Source of the DNA: Alphaproteobacteria bacterium
GTDB taxonomy: Bacteria > Pseudomonadota > Alphaproteobacteria > UBA7887
Length of the DNA: 64,000 bases
Direction of reading: 5' to 3'
NCBI GenBank assembly: GCA_965216755.1
Contig: CBDCGL010000011.1
Span: 3,626,963-3,690,962, forward strand
Part shown: positions 48,686 through 57,166 of the stretch, in pieces
Layout: the number at the start of each line of letters is the position of its first letter
Position numbering within the stretch: position 1 is the stretch's first letter
The notes under the pieces: generated by a model
The model's input: the letters and a program-made list of their open reading frames with translations, nothing else
The model's database searches: none
What the model was told of the DNA's origin: nothing
Program-made: the position numbers and the translations under genes

Positions 48686-49861
48686 ATGAGAAAACTCACC
48701 TTGTTGACCGCTGCGTCGGCCATGGCCCTGGGCTTGGGTCTTGCGCAGTCGGCGCAGGCCGTGGATGTGACCAACAACCAAGCCAATGTTGGTATCCTCG
48801 GCACCGCCAACAACAACGCCAACGATCGCAGCGTCACCGACAATGACGGTCTGGATCTGGATGTCAAAGCCGACAGCAACAATATCGGCTTCGGCAATGC
48901 CAGTGGCGAATCGACCGCAGACAACGACTTCGTCGACAACAAAGAAGGCACCATCGACAATGATGAGGTCGACGTCGACGTCACCGGCGTGGATATCACC
49001 CTGTCCAACAAAGAGCGCAGCGGCAACACCGCCGTCTGGGCGATGATGTGGGGCTCGGGCAACAGCGCGTCATATGACGGCAGCATCCACAACAACATCG
49101 CGCAGCTGAGCCACACCCAGCTGAGCGCTGCGGTGACCGAAATCCAGATGTTCGATATCGAAGCCGGTGGCTACGCCTTTGGTGGCCTCGGCGCCGCGGT
49201 TGCCGACGGCGAAGCCAAAGCCCGGGCCAAGGGCAAGGTCCGCGCTAAGGCCGATGGTGACTCGACGGCCAAGAACCGCAACAAAGCGGATGCTGACGCG
49301 TTTGGCGCCACGGCGGCGGCGGCTGGCCACAACGAAGGTGGCACGGTCGAAAACGAAGCCGGCAACTCCGCCGCCAATGGCGGCTTGGCCATTAACCTCA
49401 CCGATGGTGACGCGATCGCCTTGCTCGGTGCCGCGGCCAACTGGACCAAGTCCGAAGATGGCGGCAACGATGCCAAGGGCATGTCCGACAAGGGCGGCAG
49501 CGCCGAAGGTGCCGGCGGCGACGTCGGCGACACTGCCGCGGTTGCTTTGGTCGATGCCGACGCCAACTCTGGCGACGCCACCGCGACGGCGACGTCGGGT
49601 GACGTGGCCAACACGGCCGTTGGTGTCAACGAGTCGACGGCCACGGCGTCGAACGACACCGAAGCCACGCTTGGCGGCTCCAGCCAAGAAACCAAAGTGG
49701 CGTTCAACTTCACGACCGGCGGCCTCCTCGGGTCGGTCGGAAGCCTGCGCGGAATCAATCCGGTCATGCAAAATACCGGCTTCGCGCACAATCAGAACGT
49801 TGGCGTCAGCGTTAACGCGTTGGTCGGCAGCGTCAACGGCTCGGGCTCGATCCGGCCGTAG
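48686..49861 (+). CDS. secreted Gly/Ala/Asn/Asp/Thr-rich protein of unknown family (paralog B)
   Basis: AGGAGG RBS, signal peptide (…GLAQSAQA), 391 aa. Shares the NANDRS..DND, AKGKVxAKADGDSTA and LRGINPxxQNTGFAxNQNV blocks with paralog A. Confidence 0.8.
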   Translation: MRKLTLLTAASAMALGLGLAQSAQAVDVTNNQANVGILGTANNNANDRSVTDNDGLDLDVKADSNNIGFGNASGESTADNDFVDNKEGTIDNDEVDVDVTGVDITLSNKERSGNTAVWAMMWGSGNSASYDGSIHNNIAQLSHTQLSAAVTEIQMFDIEAGGYAFGGLGAAVADGEAKARAKGKVRAKADGDSTAKNRNKADADAFGATAAAAGHNEGGTVENEAGNSAANGGLAINLTDGDAIALLGAAANWTKSEDGGNDAKGMSDKGGSAEGAGGDVGDTAAVALVDADANSGDATATATSGDVANTAVGVNESTATASNDTEATLGGSSQETKVAFNFTTGGLLGSVGSLRGINPVMQNTGFAHNQNVGVSVNALVGSVNGSGSIRP

Positions 49862-49891
49862 TAGCAACAACAGTCCTTCGACACACACACT

Positions 49892-49927
49892 GCGGTGGGA
49901 GGCCCCCCTCCCACCGCTTTTTTTTTT
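49892..49927 (+). terminator. Rho-independent terminator of the paralog pair
   Basis: GCGGTGGGAGG-CCCC-CCTCCCACCGC followed by T10. Confidence 0.9.
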
Positions 49928-49946
49928 GTTCCGATCAGAAGCGCCG

Positions 49947-50951
49947 CTAACGCGGTAACTCGATCGCGTAATCGGGCAGCGGCGCCGGCGCCTCGATCAA
50001 ACCTTGTTCGGCCAGGAACGCGGCGAAACGCTGGTAACGATTTTGATCCAAACTGCCCGGTCGCAACGCAAATCGCGGCAGCGTGTCGCGCCAGGCACGC
50101 CGGTTCAGCTCGTCATTGATGCTGTCACGATAGGCGACGAACAAGTCCCAAGACTCATCAGGATGATTGACCAAAAAATGGGCGGCGCGTTCCAGGGCGT
50201 CGACGAACCGGCCCAAGCGCGGCTGGTCGATCGCATTGCGTTGCGCGACGATGATCAGCTCGTCGTAAGCGGGCACGCCATGTTCCTCGACAAAGAAAGC
50301 ACGGCCTTGATGGCCCTCGATGGCCAGCTGGTTGAGTTCAAAATTGCGATAAGCACCGATGACCGCGTCAACCTGACCCGACAGTAACGCCGGGCTCAAC
50401 GCGAAATTCACGTTGATCAGTTCCACATCGGCCAGTGCCACCCCATGCTTGGCCAGCATGGTGCCCAAGAGCGCATCTTCGAAGCCGCCGACGGAGTAGC
50501 CAACCTTGCGCCCCGCCAAGTCGGCGATTTTCGTGATCGGCCCGTCGTCGAGCACCAGCAATGTGTTTAGTGGCGTCGCCACCAAGGTGGCCACGCGCAC
50601 CAAGGGCAGCCCCTCCGCGACGTGCAAATGCAATTGCGGCTGATAGCTGACGGCCAAATCCACTTGTCCGGCGGCCACCAATTTTGGCGGCAATGTCGGA
50701 TCGGCTGGTTCGCTCATGGCGACTTCAAGCCCGGCTTCGGCGAAATAACCCTTTTGCTCGGCAATGACCAAAGTGGCGTGATCGGGATTGAGAAACCAAT
50801 CCAACATCAGCGACAGCGGCTCGGCCGTGGCCTTGCTGGCGCCGCCGGCATTCAAGGCAACAAGGAAAACGAGCGTCAGCGCCCTTGCCACGACCGGTCG
50901 ACGAAGACCGCCAAGACTATGTCCAAAATTGAATTGTCGGGTTCTCGACAT
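49947..50951 (-). CDS. NMT1/THI5-like (ThiY-like) periplasmic substrate-binding protein
   Basis: Signal peptide; LMLDWFLNPDHATLVIAEQKGYFAEAGLEV...DLAVSYQP is typical of the NMT1/ThiY family. Preceded by a TPP riboswitch. Confidence 0.8.
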   Translation of the reverse strand: MSRTRQFNFGHSLGGLRRPVVARALTLVFLVALNAGGASKATAEPLSLMLDWFLNPDHATLVIAEQKGYFAEAGLEVAMSEPADPTLPPKLVAAGQVDLAVSYQPQLHLHVAEGLPLVRVATLVATPLNTLLVLDDGPITKIADLAGRKVGYSVGGFEDALLGTMLAKHGVALADVELINVNFALSPALLSGQVDAVIGAYRNFELNQLAIEGHQGRAFFVEEHGVPAYDELIIVAQRNAIDQPRLGRFVDALERAAHFLVNHPDESWDLFVAYRDSINDELNRRAWRDTLPRFALRPGSLDQNRYQRFAAFLAEQGLIEAPAPLPDYAIELPR

Positions 50952-51029
50952 TCGCGCCGCCTCCGCTGCAATGGGCGTGCGGGAAGGGGCGGTTCGGCCT
51001 CACGGCGCGCATGTGTGTGCGAACGGCAA

Positions 51030-51130
51030 TCGGTTCCGCTCCCTTCGCCGGCATGACCCGGATCAGGTTCAGAGGGTCACCGCCTGCACGGTATCTCAGC
51101 CCTTCAACAAGGCCCCCCTGGGATGACGGC
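51030..51130 (-). ncRNA. TPP (THI-box) riboswitch
   Basis: Minus strand reads GGGGGGCC..GGGCUGAGAUACC...ACCCUCUGAACCUGAUCCGGGUCAUGCCGGCGAAGGGAGC. This matches the conserved CUGAGA and ACCUGAUCnGGnUnAUnCCnGCGnAGGGA cores, about 80 nt upstream of the binding-protein ATG. Confidence 0.9.
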
Positions 51131-51176
51131 CATGGTGACGACTTGCCACCCCCCGGTCAAGCATGGGGCGTCGCGC

Positions 51177-51464
51177 CTAGAGTGCGAACAGCAGAAACGC
51201 GCCGAGTGTCACCACATAAATAAAGCCGTAGACCATGACCTCTTCGCGATCCATGTGGCCATTGGTATCGCGGTCGATGGGCAATGTAGGCTGGCTTCGC
51301 GGCTGGCCCTGGGCAAGCGCGTTTTTGACCATGGCGACGGTCTCTTCCTCGCGTTGTGGCTCTCGTCGCTGCTTAACTTTGATCATCTCACTGGTCAAGC
51401 TCGCCGCTTCATGGCCCGCGGCCTCGGCGTGCGTATCGGTTTCGGTGATTGTTGTCGCGGTCAT
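51177..51464 (-). CDS. small tail-anchored membrane protein with a single EF-hand-like loop
   Basis: 95 aa with an acidic/charged N-terminal part. DRDTNGHMDREE fits the EF-hand loop positions 1,3,5,6,8,12, and the C-terminal TM segment is VMVYGFIYVVTLGAFLLFAL. It starts 15 nt after the RHH gene. Confidence 0.5.
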   Translation of the reverse strand: MTATTITETDTHAEAAGHEAASLTSEMIKVKQRREPQREEETVAMVKNALAQGQPRSQPTLPIDRDTNGHMDREEVMVYGFIYVVTLGAFLLFAL

Positions 51465-51478
51465 GAGTGACAACCCCA

Positions 51479-52051
51479 CTAATTGCGTTTGGATCGGGCG
51501 AGCGGCCGGATCCGACGGCCGTCCGTAGCCGACGTCGCGTCGTCTGCTTTGGGATGGAGGCACGCGCACGATTTTGCCGCGCCGTCATCGACGGCATGGC
51601 TGACATACGCATCAATGGCGTCGGTGAGGGCATCTTGGATGTGCAGGCGACGGTGTGCGGCGATCAGACGTAATTTGAAGTGACGCTGTGGGTCTAGCCG
51701 CACTGAAAGCCGCACCCGTCCGGTGCGGTCGCGCTTCAATTCCGCCTCGGCGGCAATCTCCACCGCGCGCGGCGATCGCTGTTTGGTGTTCGACCGGGTG
51801 CTGGGCACAGCGTCGGTTGCCAACCGATCCAAGTCAGGCGCGCTCAATTCGGCAACGGCAGGACGTGGCGGCGCCAGACGGAGCAATGCGTCCGAATCTT
51901 CAATGGCCGGCAATAAGGCCAAATGATCGGCGATGTCGCTGAGGTCGTCCCGATGGTCGACGTCGCGCGCGAGCGGCGCGTCGCCAAGTCGCGACGGTGC
52001 CGCCGCACCCTTGCGGGCCAAAAGGCGGCTGGTCAAGGGCGCCGACTTCAT
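51479..52051 (-). CDS. ParG-like partner protein: disordered N-terminus plus C-terminal ribbon-helix-helix-like domain
   Basis: The ATG overlaps the parA-like stop (ATGA). RVRLSVRLDPQRHFKLRLIAAHRRLHIQDALTDAIDAYV resembles an RHH/CopG fold. Confidence 0.55.
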   Translation of the reverse strand: MKSAPLTSRLLARKGAAAPSRLGDAPLARDVDHRDDLSDIADHLALLPAIEDSDALLRLAPPRPAVAELSAPDLDRLATDAVPSTRSNTKQRSPRAVEIAAEAELKRDRTGRVRLSVRLDPQRHFKLRLIAAHRRLHIQDALTDAIDAYVSHAVDDGAAKSCACLHPKADDATSATDGRRIRPLARSKRN

Positions 52052-52752
52052 ACAGCGGCCATCCGCGTCGGGCCGACAATGGCATCGCTGCCGGTGCCCG
52101 TGCGCGCCGAGGTAAACGCCGGTGGTGTCGCGGCGCGGGCGAGGCGCACCGCCAAATATTGCCACAGGTCATGGATCTCCTGCGCTGATTTGGAGCGTTC
52201 ATTGAGCTCCATCACGGTGCGACCGTCGATCATGCTGGCGGCGAAATCGGTCCTTTGGTGAATGGTTATCGGCGCCACGGTGCCATGCTGCGACAAGGCG
52301 ATTGCCGCCTCGGCCGTGATCCGGGCCCGTGGCGCGGCGCCGTTGATGACAAATGTCAGGGGTTTGCCCAGCCGTTCGACCAATTCGACCGTCGCGCCGG
52401 CGGCGCGCAAGTCATGTGGGCTCGGTCGTGTCGGAATTGCCACCAAGTTGGCCAAGCGCACGACATGTTCGATGGTTGCGGTGTTGGCTGGTGGTGTGTC
52501 GAAGATCAACAATTTGATGCCACGTGCGCGCATGGCCTGCATGTCTTCCGCCAACCGCGCGACAAATGTATGTGCGAAGACGGGCGTGTCGGCCGCGCGT
52601 TCGTTCCACCAGTCAGCCAAACTGCCTTGGGGGTCCGTATCGATCATCGCAACCGGGCCGTGGCCGGCGCGTTCGGCTTGCACGGCCATATGGCCGGCCA
52701 AGGTGGTCTTTCCGGAACCGCCTTTTTGCGATGTAAAAGCCAATACTTGCAT
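52048..52752 (-). CDS. ParA/MinD-family P-loop ATPase (small type Ib-like ParA)
   Basis: Deviant Walker A SQKGGSGKTT, IDTDPQGS, and LLIFDTPP Walker B. Confidence 0.85.
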   Translation of the reverse strand: MQVLAFTSQKGGSGKTTLAGHMAVQAERAGHGPVAMIDTDPQGSLADWWNERAADTPVFAHTFVARLAEDMQAMRARGIKLLIFDTPPANTATIEHVVRLANLVAIPTRPSPHDLRAAGATVELVERLGKPLTFVINGAAPRARITAEAAIALSQHGTVAPITIHQRTDFAASMIDGRTVMELNERSKSAQEIHDLWQYLAVRLARAATPPAFTSARTGTGSDAIVGPTRMAAV

Positions 52753-53006
52753 GTGCCATCCTTCCGCGCATCAATGGGTCTTGCCAGTCCGGCGCGTTGA
52801 TGTTCGCGTGGCAAATCACGCTGGCGCCCGAACCGTGGCCATTGTTCGGCGAGAGATGGTCGAAAAAACATACCGCTCGTCACATATGCGCCAAATAATG
52901 CCGCGCCATGGCACCGTGCGGCGTGACACCCGCAATGCTGGCGTCGTGGCCCCGCCAAATGCACGTAGTGGGATACCTCGCGGGACCGTGACGATGTTCA
53001 AATTGC

Positions 53007-53042
53007 AGAAAAACCAAGGGCCGGCCCCATTGGGTCCGGCCC
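53007..53042 (-). terminator. candidate intrinsic terminator after the gcrA-like gene
   Basis: Minus strand: GGGCCGG...CCGGCCC GC-rich hairpin followed by TTGGTTTTT. Confidence 0.5.
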
Positions 53043-53077
53043 CATCCCATAATGAAATTATCGCCGCATCAATGCGA

Positions 53078-53416
53078 TCAGGCGGCCTCCTCCGCCTTGC
53101 CCCTATAGGCTAACGCGCAATGTTCGCGACAATATGGCCGCCCCTGTTGCCGGGGTTCGGCACAGAACCGAAAGCCGGGTTCGCCCGGATGACCAATCGG
53201 CCAACGACACATACGTTCGGTCAAATTCAATCCGCTGATCCGTTCCGCCGCGTCTGAGGTACGCGGCTTGCCCCGATTTGATAGGCCCAACCGATGAGCC
53301 TTGCCGATAACGGCGTTGCGGCTGATGTTGCCGAGGCGCTCCCCTATTTTTCGCGCACTCAAGCCCTCAGCCCAAAGGGTCTTCAAGGTATTAATGGCCT
53401 CCTCGGTCCATTCCAT
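53078..53416 (-). CDS. gcrA: GcrA-family cell-cycle regulator (short form)
   Basis: MEWTEEAINTLKTLWAEGLSARKIGERLGNISRNAVIGKAHRLGL and a C-terminal CRWPIGHPGEPGFRFC...GRPYCREHCALAY. Confidence 0.85.
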   Translation of the reverse strand: MEWTEEAINTLKTLWAEGLSARKIGERLGNISRNAVIGKAHRLGLSNRGKPRTSDAAERISGLNLTERMCRWPIGHPGEPGFRFCAEPRQQGRPYCREHCALAYRGKAEEAA

Positions 53417-53603
53417 GATGTGTACTTCCCTGTTATCCCTATTGGCTGCCTGCACAGATTTTGTAGGTGAATTTATCGAAGCCTACAAGATGTGGTCTTT
53501 TGGGTCGCGCAACTTCTCACGCGCATCGCTGCTTGACGAGTGAGCCACGACCGTTCGAATATTATCCGGAAAGCTGCCGGGCGAACAACCGCGAGCGACA
53601 AAT

Positions 53604-54755
53604 ATGAGTGTAGCATTGGCTCCCAATCATGATTTGATTGGCATCAAAGGTGGATTTGGCCGACTCAGCACACCGGCCTTGGTGCTCGACCTCGACGCCA
53701 TGGAGGCGAATATCCAGGCCATGGCGGCCCATTGCGGGCGCACCGGGCAAGCGCTTCGGCCGCATGCCAAGAGCCACAAGTCGGTCGCGATTGCTCGCCG
53801 GCAGATCGAGGCCGGTGCCGTCGGGCAGTGTTGCGCGACCATCCGCGAGGCCGAAGCCATGGCCGATGCGGCGGTGCCGGGTGTGCTGATCACCTCGCCG
53901 CCTACGGGGCCCGCAAAAACTGCCCGGCTCATGGCGCTGCATGCCAAAGCGCCGGACGCGATGGTGGTTGCCGATCATCCGGATACCGTCAGGGCCTTGG
54001 CCACAGCGGTGGCCGATCAGGGTGGTGGCCGGATGCTTCGCGTTTTGGTTGATTTCGATGTCGGCCTGGCGCGTACCGGCGCGGCGGATGCGGCGTCGGC
54101 AGCGGCGCTTGCACAAGCTATCGACGCGGCGCCGCAACTCAGATTTGCCGGTGTCCAAGCCTATTACGGCCAACTGCAACATGTTGCGCGCTTCGCTGAG
54201 CGGACTGATCTGGTCATGGCCCAGGCGGCGCGTGTGCGTGAACTGGTCGACCGCCTGGCCGACCAGGGTCTGGCACCCGAATTGGTCACCGGCGGCGGAA
54301 CCGGAACCCATGACATCGATCATCGTGCTGGCGTGTTCAACGAACTGCAGGCTGGCTCGTACGTGTTTACCGATGTTGACTATAACGCCGTTGACCTGAC
54401 CGCGGACCAACCGCGTCCGTTTGCCCCGGCGCTGTTCGTGATGGCGACCGTGGTCAGTGTAAGCCATGATAGCCACGCGGTTATCGATGCCGGTTTGAAA
54501 AGCTTTGCCACCGACGGGCCGGCACCGGTGTTTGGCGATGGCGCGCCGGCCGGCGCCACGTACAAATTCATGGGTGACGAACATGGTGCCGTGGTCTATG
54601 CGGGTGGCGAAAACACGCGCCTCAAAATTGGTGACGCTGTTCGATGCGTCGTGCCCCATTGTGACCCGACTGTGAACCTGTACGACCACTATCATTGCTA
54701 TCGAGACGACACTTTGGTCGATATCTGGCCGGTCGACGGTCGCGGTAATCCCTGA
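53604..54755 (+). CDS. DSD1-family PLP enzyme (D-threonine aldolase / D-serine dehydratase-like, alanine-racemase N-terminal fold)
   Basis: TPALVLDLDAMEANI...LRPHAKSHK (PLP lysine)...YVFTD and a C-terminal HCDPTVNLY. Confidence 0.8.
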   Translation: MSVALAPNHDLIGIKGGFGRLSTPALVLDLDAMEANIQAMAAHCGRTGQALRPHAKSHKSVAIARRQIEAGAVGQCCATIREAEAMADAAVPGVLITSPPTGPAKTARLMALHAKAPDAMVVADHPDTVRALATAVADQGGGRMLRVLVDFDVGLARTGAADAASAAALAQAIDAAPQLRFAGVQAYYGQLQHVARFAERTDLVMAQAARVRELVDRLADQGLAPELVTGGGTGTHDIDHRAGVFNELQAGSYVFTDVDYNAVDLTADQPRPFAPALFVMATVVSVSHDSHAVIDAGLKSFATDGPAPVFGDGAPAGATYKFMGDEHGAVVYAGGENTRLKIGDAVRCVVPHCDPTVNLYDHYHCYRDDTLVDIWPVDGRGNP

Positions 54756-54835
54756 TCTGCTCATGTCGCGCGGCGCGCGGCCGCCAATACCGCTATAGTG
54801 CTGGCCGCACCGATTGTGGCAATGAAGAAACAGCT

Positions 54836-57166
54836 ATGGAAAAGTTTGGTGTTGGCCAACCGCTGACCCGAAAAGAGGACCTGCGTCTGCTCACTGGTCG
54901 TGGCCGCTTCATCGAAGACGCCACAGCCACCAACATGGTGCACGCCCGTTTCGTGCGGGCGCCCCATGCGCATGCACGCATTGCCGGGATCGACGCGGCG
55001 GCGGCGCGCGCCTTGCCCGGGGTGGTGGCGATCGTAACCGGCGACGATCTGGCCGATCAGGGGCTTGGCACCATGCCATGTGTGTTTCAACCCAAAGGTG
55101 TTGATGGTCGCCCGCCGATCGTGCCGAGCTATGGGCTGTTGGCGGTTGACCGCGTGCGCTTTGTCGGTGATTTGGTGGCGATGGTGATCGCCGACAGCGC
55201 GGCGCAGGCCGCCGACGCGGCCGAAGCCGTCGCGGTCGACTATGAGGCGCTGGCAGCGGTCACCGATCTGCGCGCCGCCGCGGCGCCCGATGCGGTGTCG
55301 GTTTGGCCCGAGGCACCCGGAAATGTCAGCCTAGAGTGGCAATTGGGCGACGCTGTGGCGACGGCGGCGGCGTTCGAACGCGCCGCGCAGACCGTGACCT
55401 TGACCGTGATCAACAACCGGGTCGCTGTCACCGCCATGGAAACGCGCGGCGCCTTGGCGGCGTATCACGCCGACAGCAATCGTTGGACGCTCATTACGAC
55501 CACCCAGTTGCCGCACCCGATGCGCGCAGAAATTGCCGAGGTGCTGGGTGTTGATGCCGACCGCCTGCGCATAGTGGTGAAAGACGTTGGGGGCGGTTTC
55601 GGGGCCAAGAACTCGGCCTATCCGGAGCAGGTGTTGGTGTGTTGGGCGGCGCGCGCTTACGGCCGGCCGGTGCGTTGGATCGAGGAGCGCGCCGAGTCTT
55701 TTCTGGCCACGTATCATTGCCGCGACAATGTGACCGAGGCCAGCCTGGCGCTGGACGAGAACGGCCGCTTTCTGGGCCTCAAGGTCGACACGCTGGCCAA
55801 TCTTGGCGCGTACATATCGGGCCGCGGCGCACTATCGCCGATAAACAACGCCGCCGCGCTGATCAACACCTATCGGACGGGCGTTGCCCATGTTCGGGTC
55901 CGCGAGCTGTTCACCCATACGGTGCCGACCGATGTCTATCGCGGTGCCGGCCGGCCCGAGGCGCTATACGCCATCGAACGGCTGGTCGATGTCGCTGCGC
56001 TCACCTTGGGCCTGGATCCGGCCGTGCTACGGCGGCGCAACATGATTCCACCCGACGCGCTGCCTTATGAGACACCGCTTGGGCTGACTTACGACAGTGG
56101 CCTCTACGAGCAGACCATGGATGATGGCCTCGCCGCCGCCGATCTCACCGGCTTTGCCGATCGCCGCGCGGCGGCCGGCGCCCGTGGGATCTTGCGGGGA
56201 CTCGGCTTTGCCAATTTTGTCGAACGCTGCGGGGCTGGGGTCAGCGAGGCGGCCGAACTGCGGATAACGGAGGATGGTCGCGCGCAGGTCCTGATCGGGA
56301 CCATGTCAAATGGCCAGGGTCATGAAACCGCTTTCGCCCAGGTGGCCGGCGATTTGCTGGGGCTTGATCCGGCGTTGGTCGACGTCATTGAGGGTGATAC
56401 CGATCGGGTGCGTGATGGCAAGGGTACCGGCGGATCGCGTTCAATCCCGCTTGGCGGCGCGGCCATTAAGCTGACCAGCGAGATATTGATCGACAAGGCG
56501 CGCACCATCGCCGGCCACCATTTGGAGGCGGCGGTGGCTGACATCGAATTCGTCGGCGGGCGATTCGCTGTCGCGGGGACCGATCGCGTGCTGACATGGG
56601 CCGAGCTGGCGCGCATTGCCGGTGATCCGGCGGTGCTCCCCGATGGCATGGCGCCGGGTTTGGAGGCCCATGCCACGTTCAATCCGCCCAACCATACGTT
56701 CCCCAACGGCTGCCATGTCTGTGAGGTCGAGATCGATCCCGACACCGGCGCATTGACGGTGGCCCGCTACACTGTTGTCCATGATTTCGGGCGGATCCTG
56801 AATCCGCTTTTGCTCACTGGTCAGGTTCATGGCGGCGTCGCCCAGGGATTGGGCCAGGCCATGTTCGAACAGATCGCTTATGACCCGGGGTCCGGTCAGC
56901 TTCTATCGGGTTCGTTTATGGATTATCCAATCCCACGCGCCAGCCAGGTCCCCATGTTTGACGTCACCAATCCGCAGACGCCGTGTCCGTCGAACCCGAT
57001 GGGGTTCAAGGGCTGTGGCGAGGCCGGTGCAGCCGGCGCGCCGCCAGCCTTGGTCAACGCGGCGATCAACGCCTTGTCGCCGTTAGGTATCCGTCACATC
57101 GATATGCCGCTCACCCCGGAACGGGTTTGGCGGGCCATTCAGCAGGCGAAGGAAACACAGCTATGA
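54836..57166 (+). CDS. xanthine dehydrogenase/CoxL-family molybdopterin-binding large subunit
   Basis: 776 aa: GVGQPLTRKEDLRLLTGRGRFIED N-terminus, ...GGGFG..., and a C-terminal ...GCGEAGAAGAPPA. Confidence 0.9.
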   Translation: MEKFGVGQPLTRKEDLRLLTGRGRFIEDATATNMVHARFVRAPHAHARIAGIDAAAARALPGVVAIVTGDDLADQGLGTMPCVFQPKGVDGRPPIVPSYGLLAVDRVRFVGDLVAMVIADSAAQAADAAEAVAVDYEALAAVTDLRAAAAPDAVSVWPEAPGNVSLEWQLGDAVATAAAFERAAQTVTLTVINNRVAVTAMETRGALAAYHADSNRWTLITTTQLPHPMRAEIAEVLGVDADRLRIVVKDVGGGFGAKNSAYPEQVLVCWAARAYGRPVRWIEERAESFLATYHCRDNVTEASLALDENGRFLGLKVDTLANLGAYISGRGALSPINNAAALINTYRTGVAHVRVRELFTHTVPTDVYRGAGRPEALYAIERLVDVAALTLGLDPAVLRRRNMIPPDALPYETPLGLTYDSGLYEQTMDDGLAAADLTGFADRRAAAGARGILRGLGFANFVERCGAGVSEAAELRITEDGRAQVLIGTMSNGQGHETAFAQVAGDLLGLDPALVDVIEGDTDRVRDGKGTGGSRSIPLGGAAIKLTSEILIDKARTIAGHHLEAAVADIEFVGGRFAVAGTDRVLTWAELARIAGDPAVLPDGMAPGLEAHATFNPPNHTFPNGCHVCEVEIDPDTGALTVARYTVVHDFGRILNPLLLTGQVHGGVAQGLGQAMFEQIAYDPGSGQLLSGSFMDYPIPRASQVPMFDVTNPQTPCPSNPMGFKGCGEAGAAGAPPALVNAAINALSPLGIRHIDMPLTPERVWRAIQQAKETQL

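Noticed and set aside
47453-49861. RTX/type I secretion substrate or autotransporter interpretation of the paralog pair
   Set aside because: No GGxGxDxUx nonapeptide repeats are present, an N-terminal Sec signal peptide is present, the proteins are too short, and no C-terminal beta-barrel translocator pattern is visible. No T1SS genes are adjacent.
47321-49888. Long minus-strand ORFs (47321..48148, 47857..48531, 49070..49888, 49171..49791) and alternative plus-frame ORFs overlapping the two paralog genes
   Set aside because: They are antisense or out-of-frame shadows typical of GC-rich, low-complexity coding DNA. Their products are Arg/Pro/Ala-rich, and they lack an RBS and signal peptide. 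The plus-strand frames chosen have strong RBSs, signal peptides, mutual homology and a shared terminator.
51177-53416. Integrated plasmid or prophage remnant explanation for the ParA-like module and the short GcrA-like gene
   Set aside because: No integrase, replication, conjugation, phage structural genes or tRNA attachment site are visible in the flanks, and the composition matches the surrounding chromosome. This is not fully excluded without whole-genome context.
53562-54764. 400-aa minus-strand ORF covering the DSD1 PLP-enzyme gene
   Set aside because: Arg/His-rich nonsense composition with no motifs. The plus-strand frame carries clear alanine-racemase-fold PLP motifs (HAKSHK).
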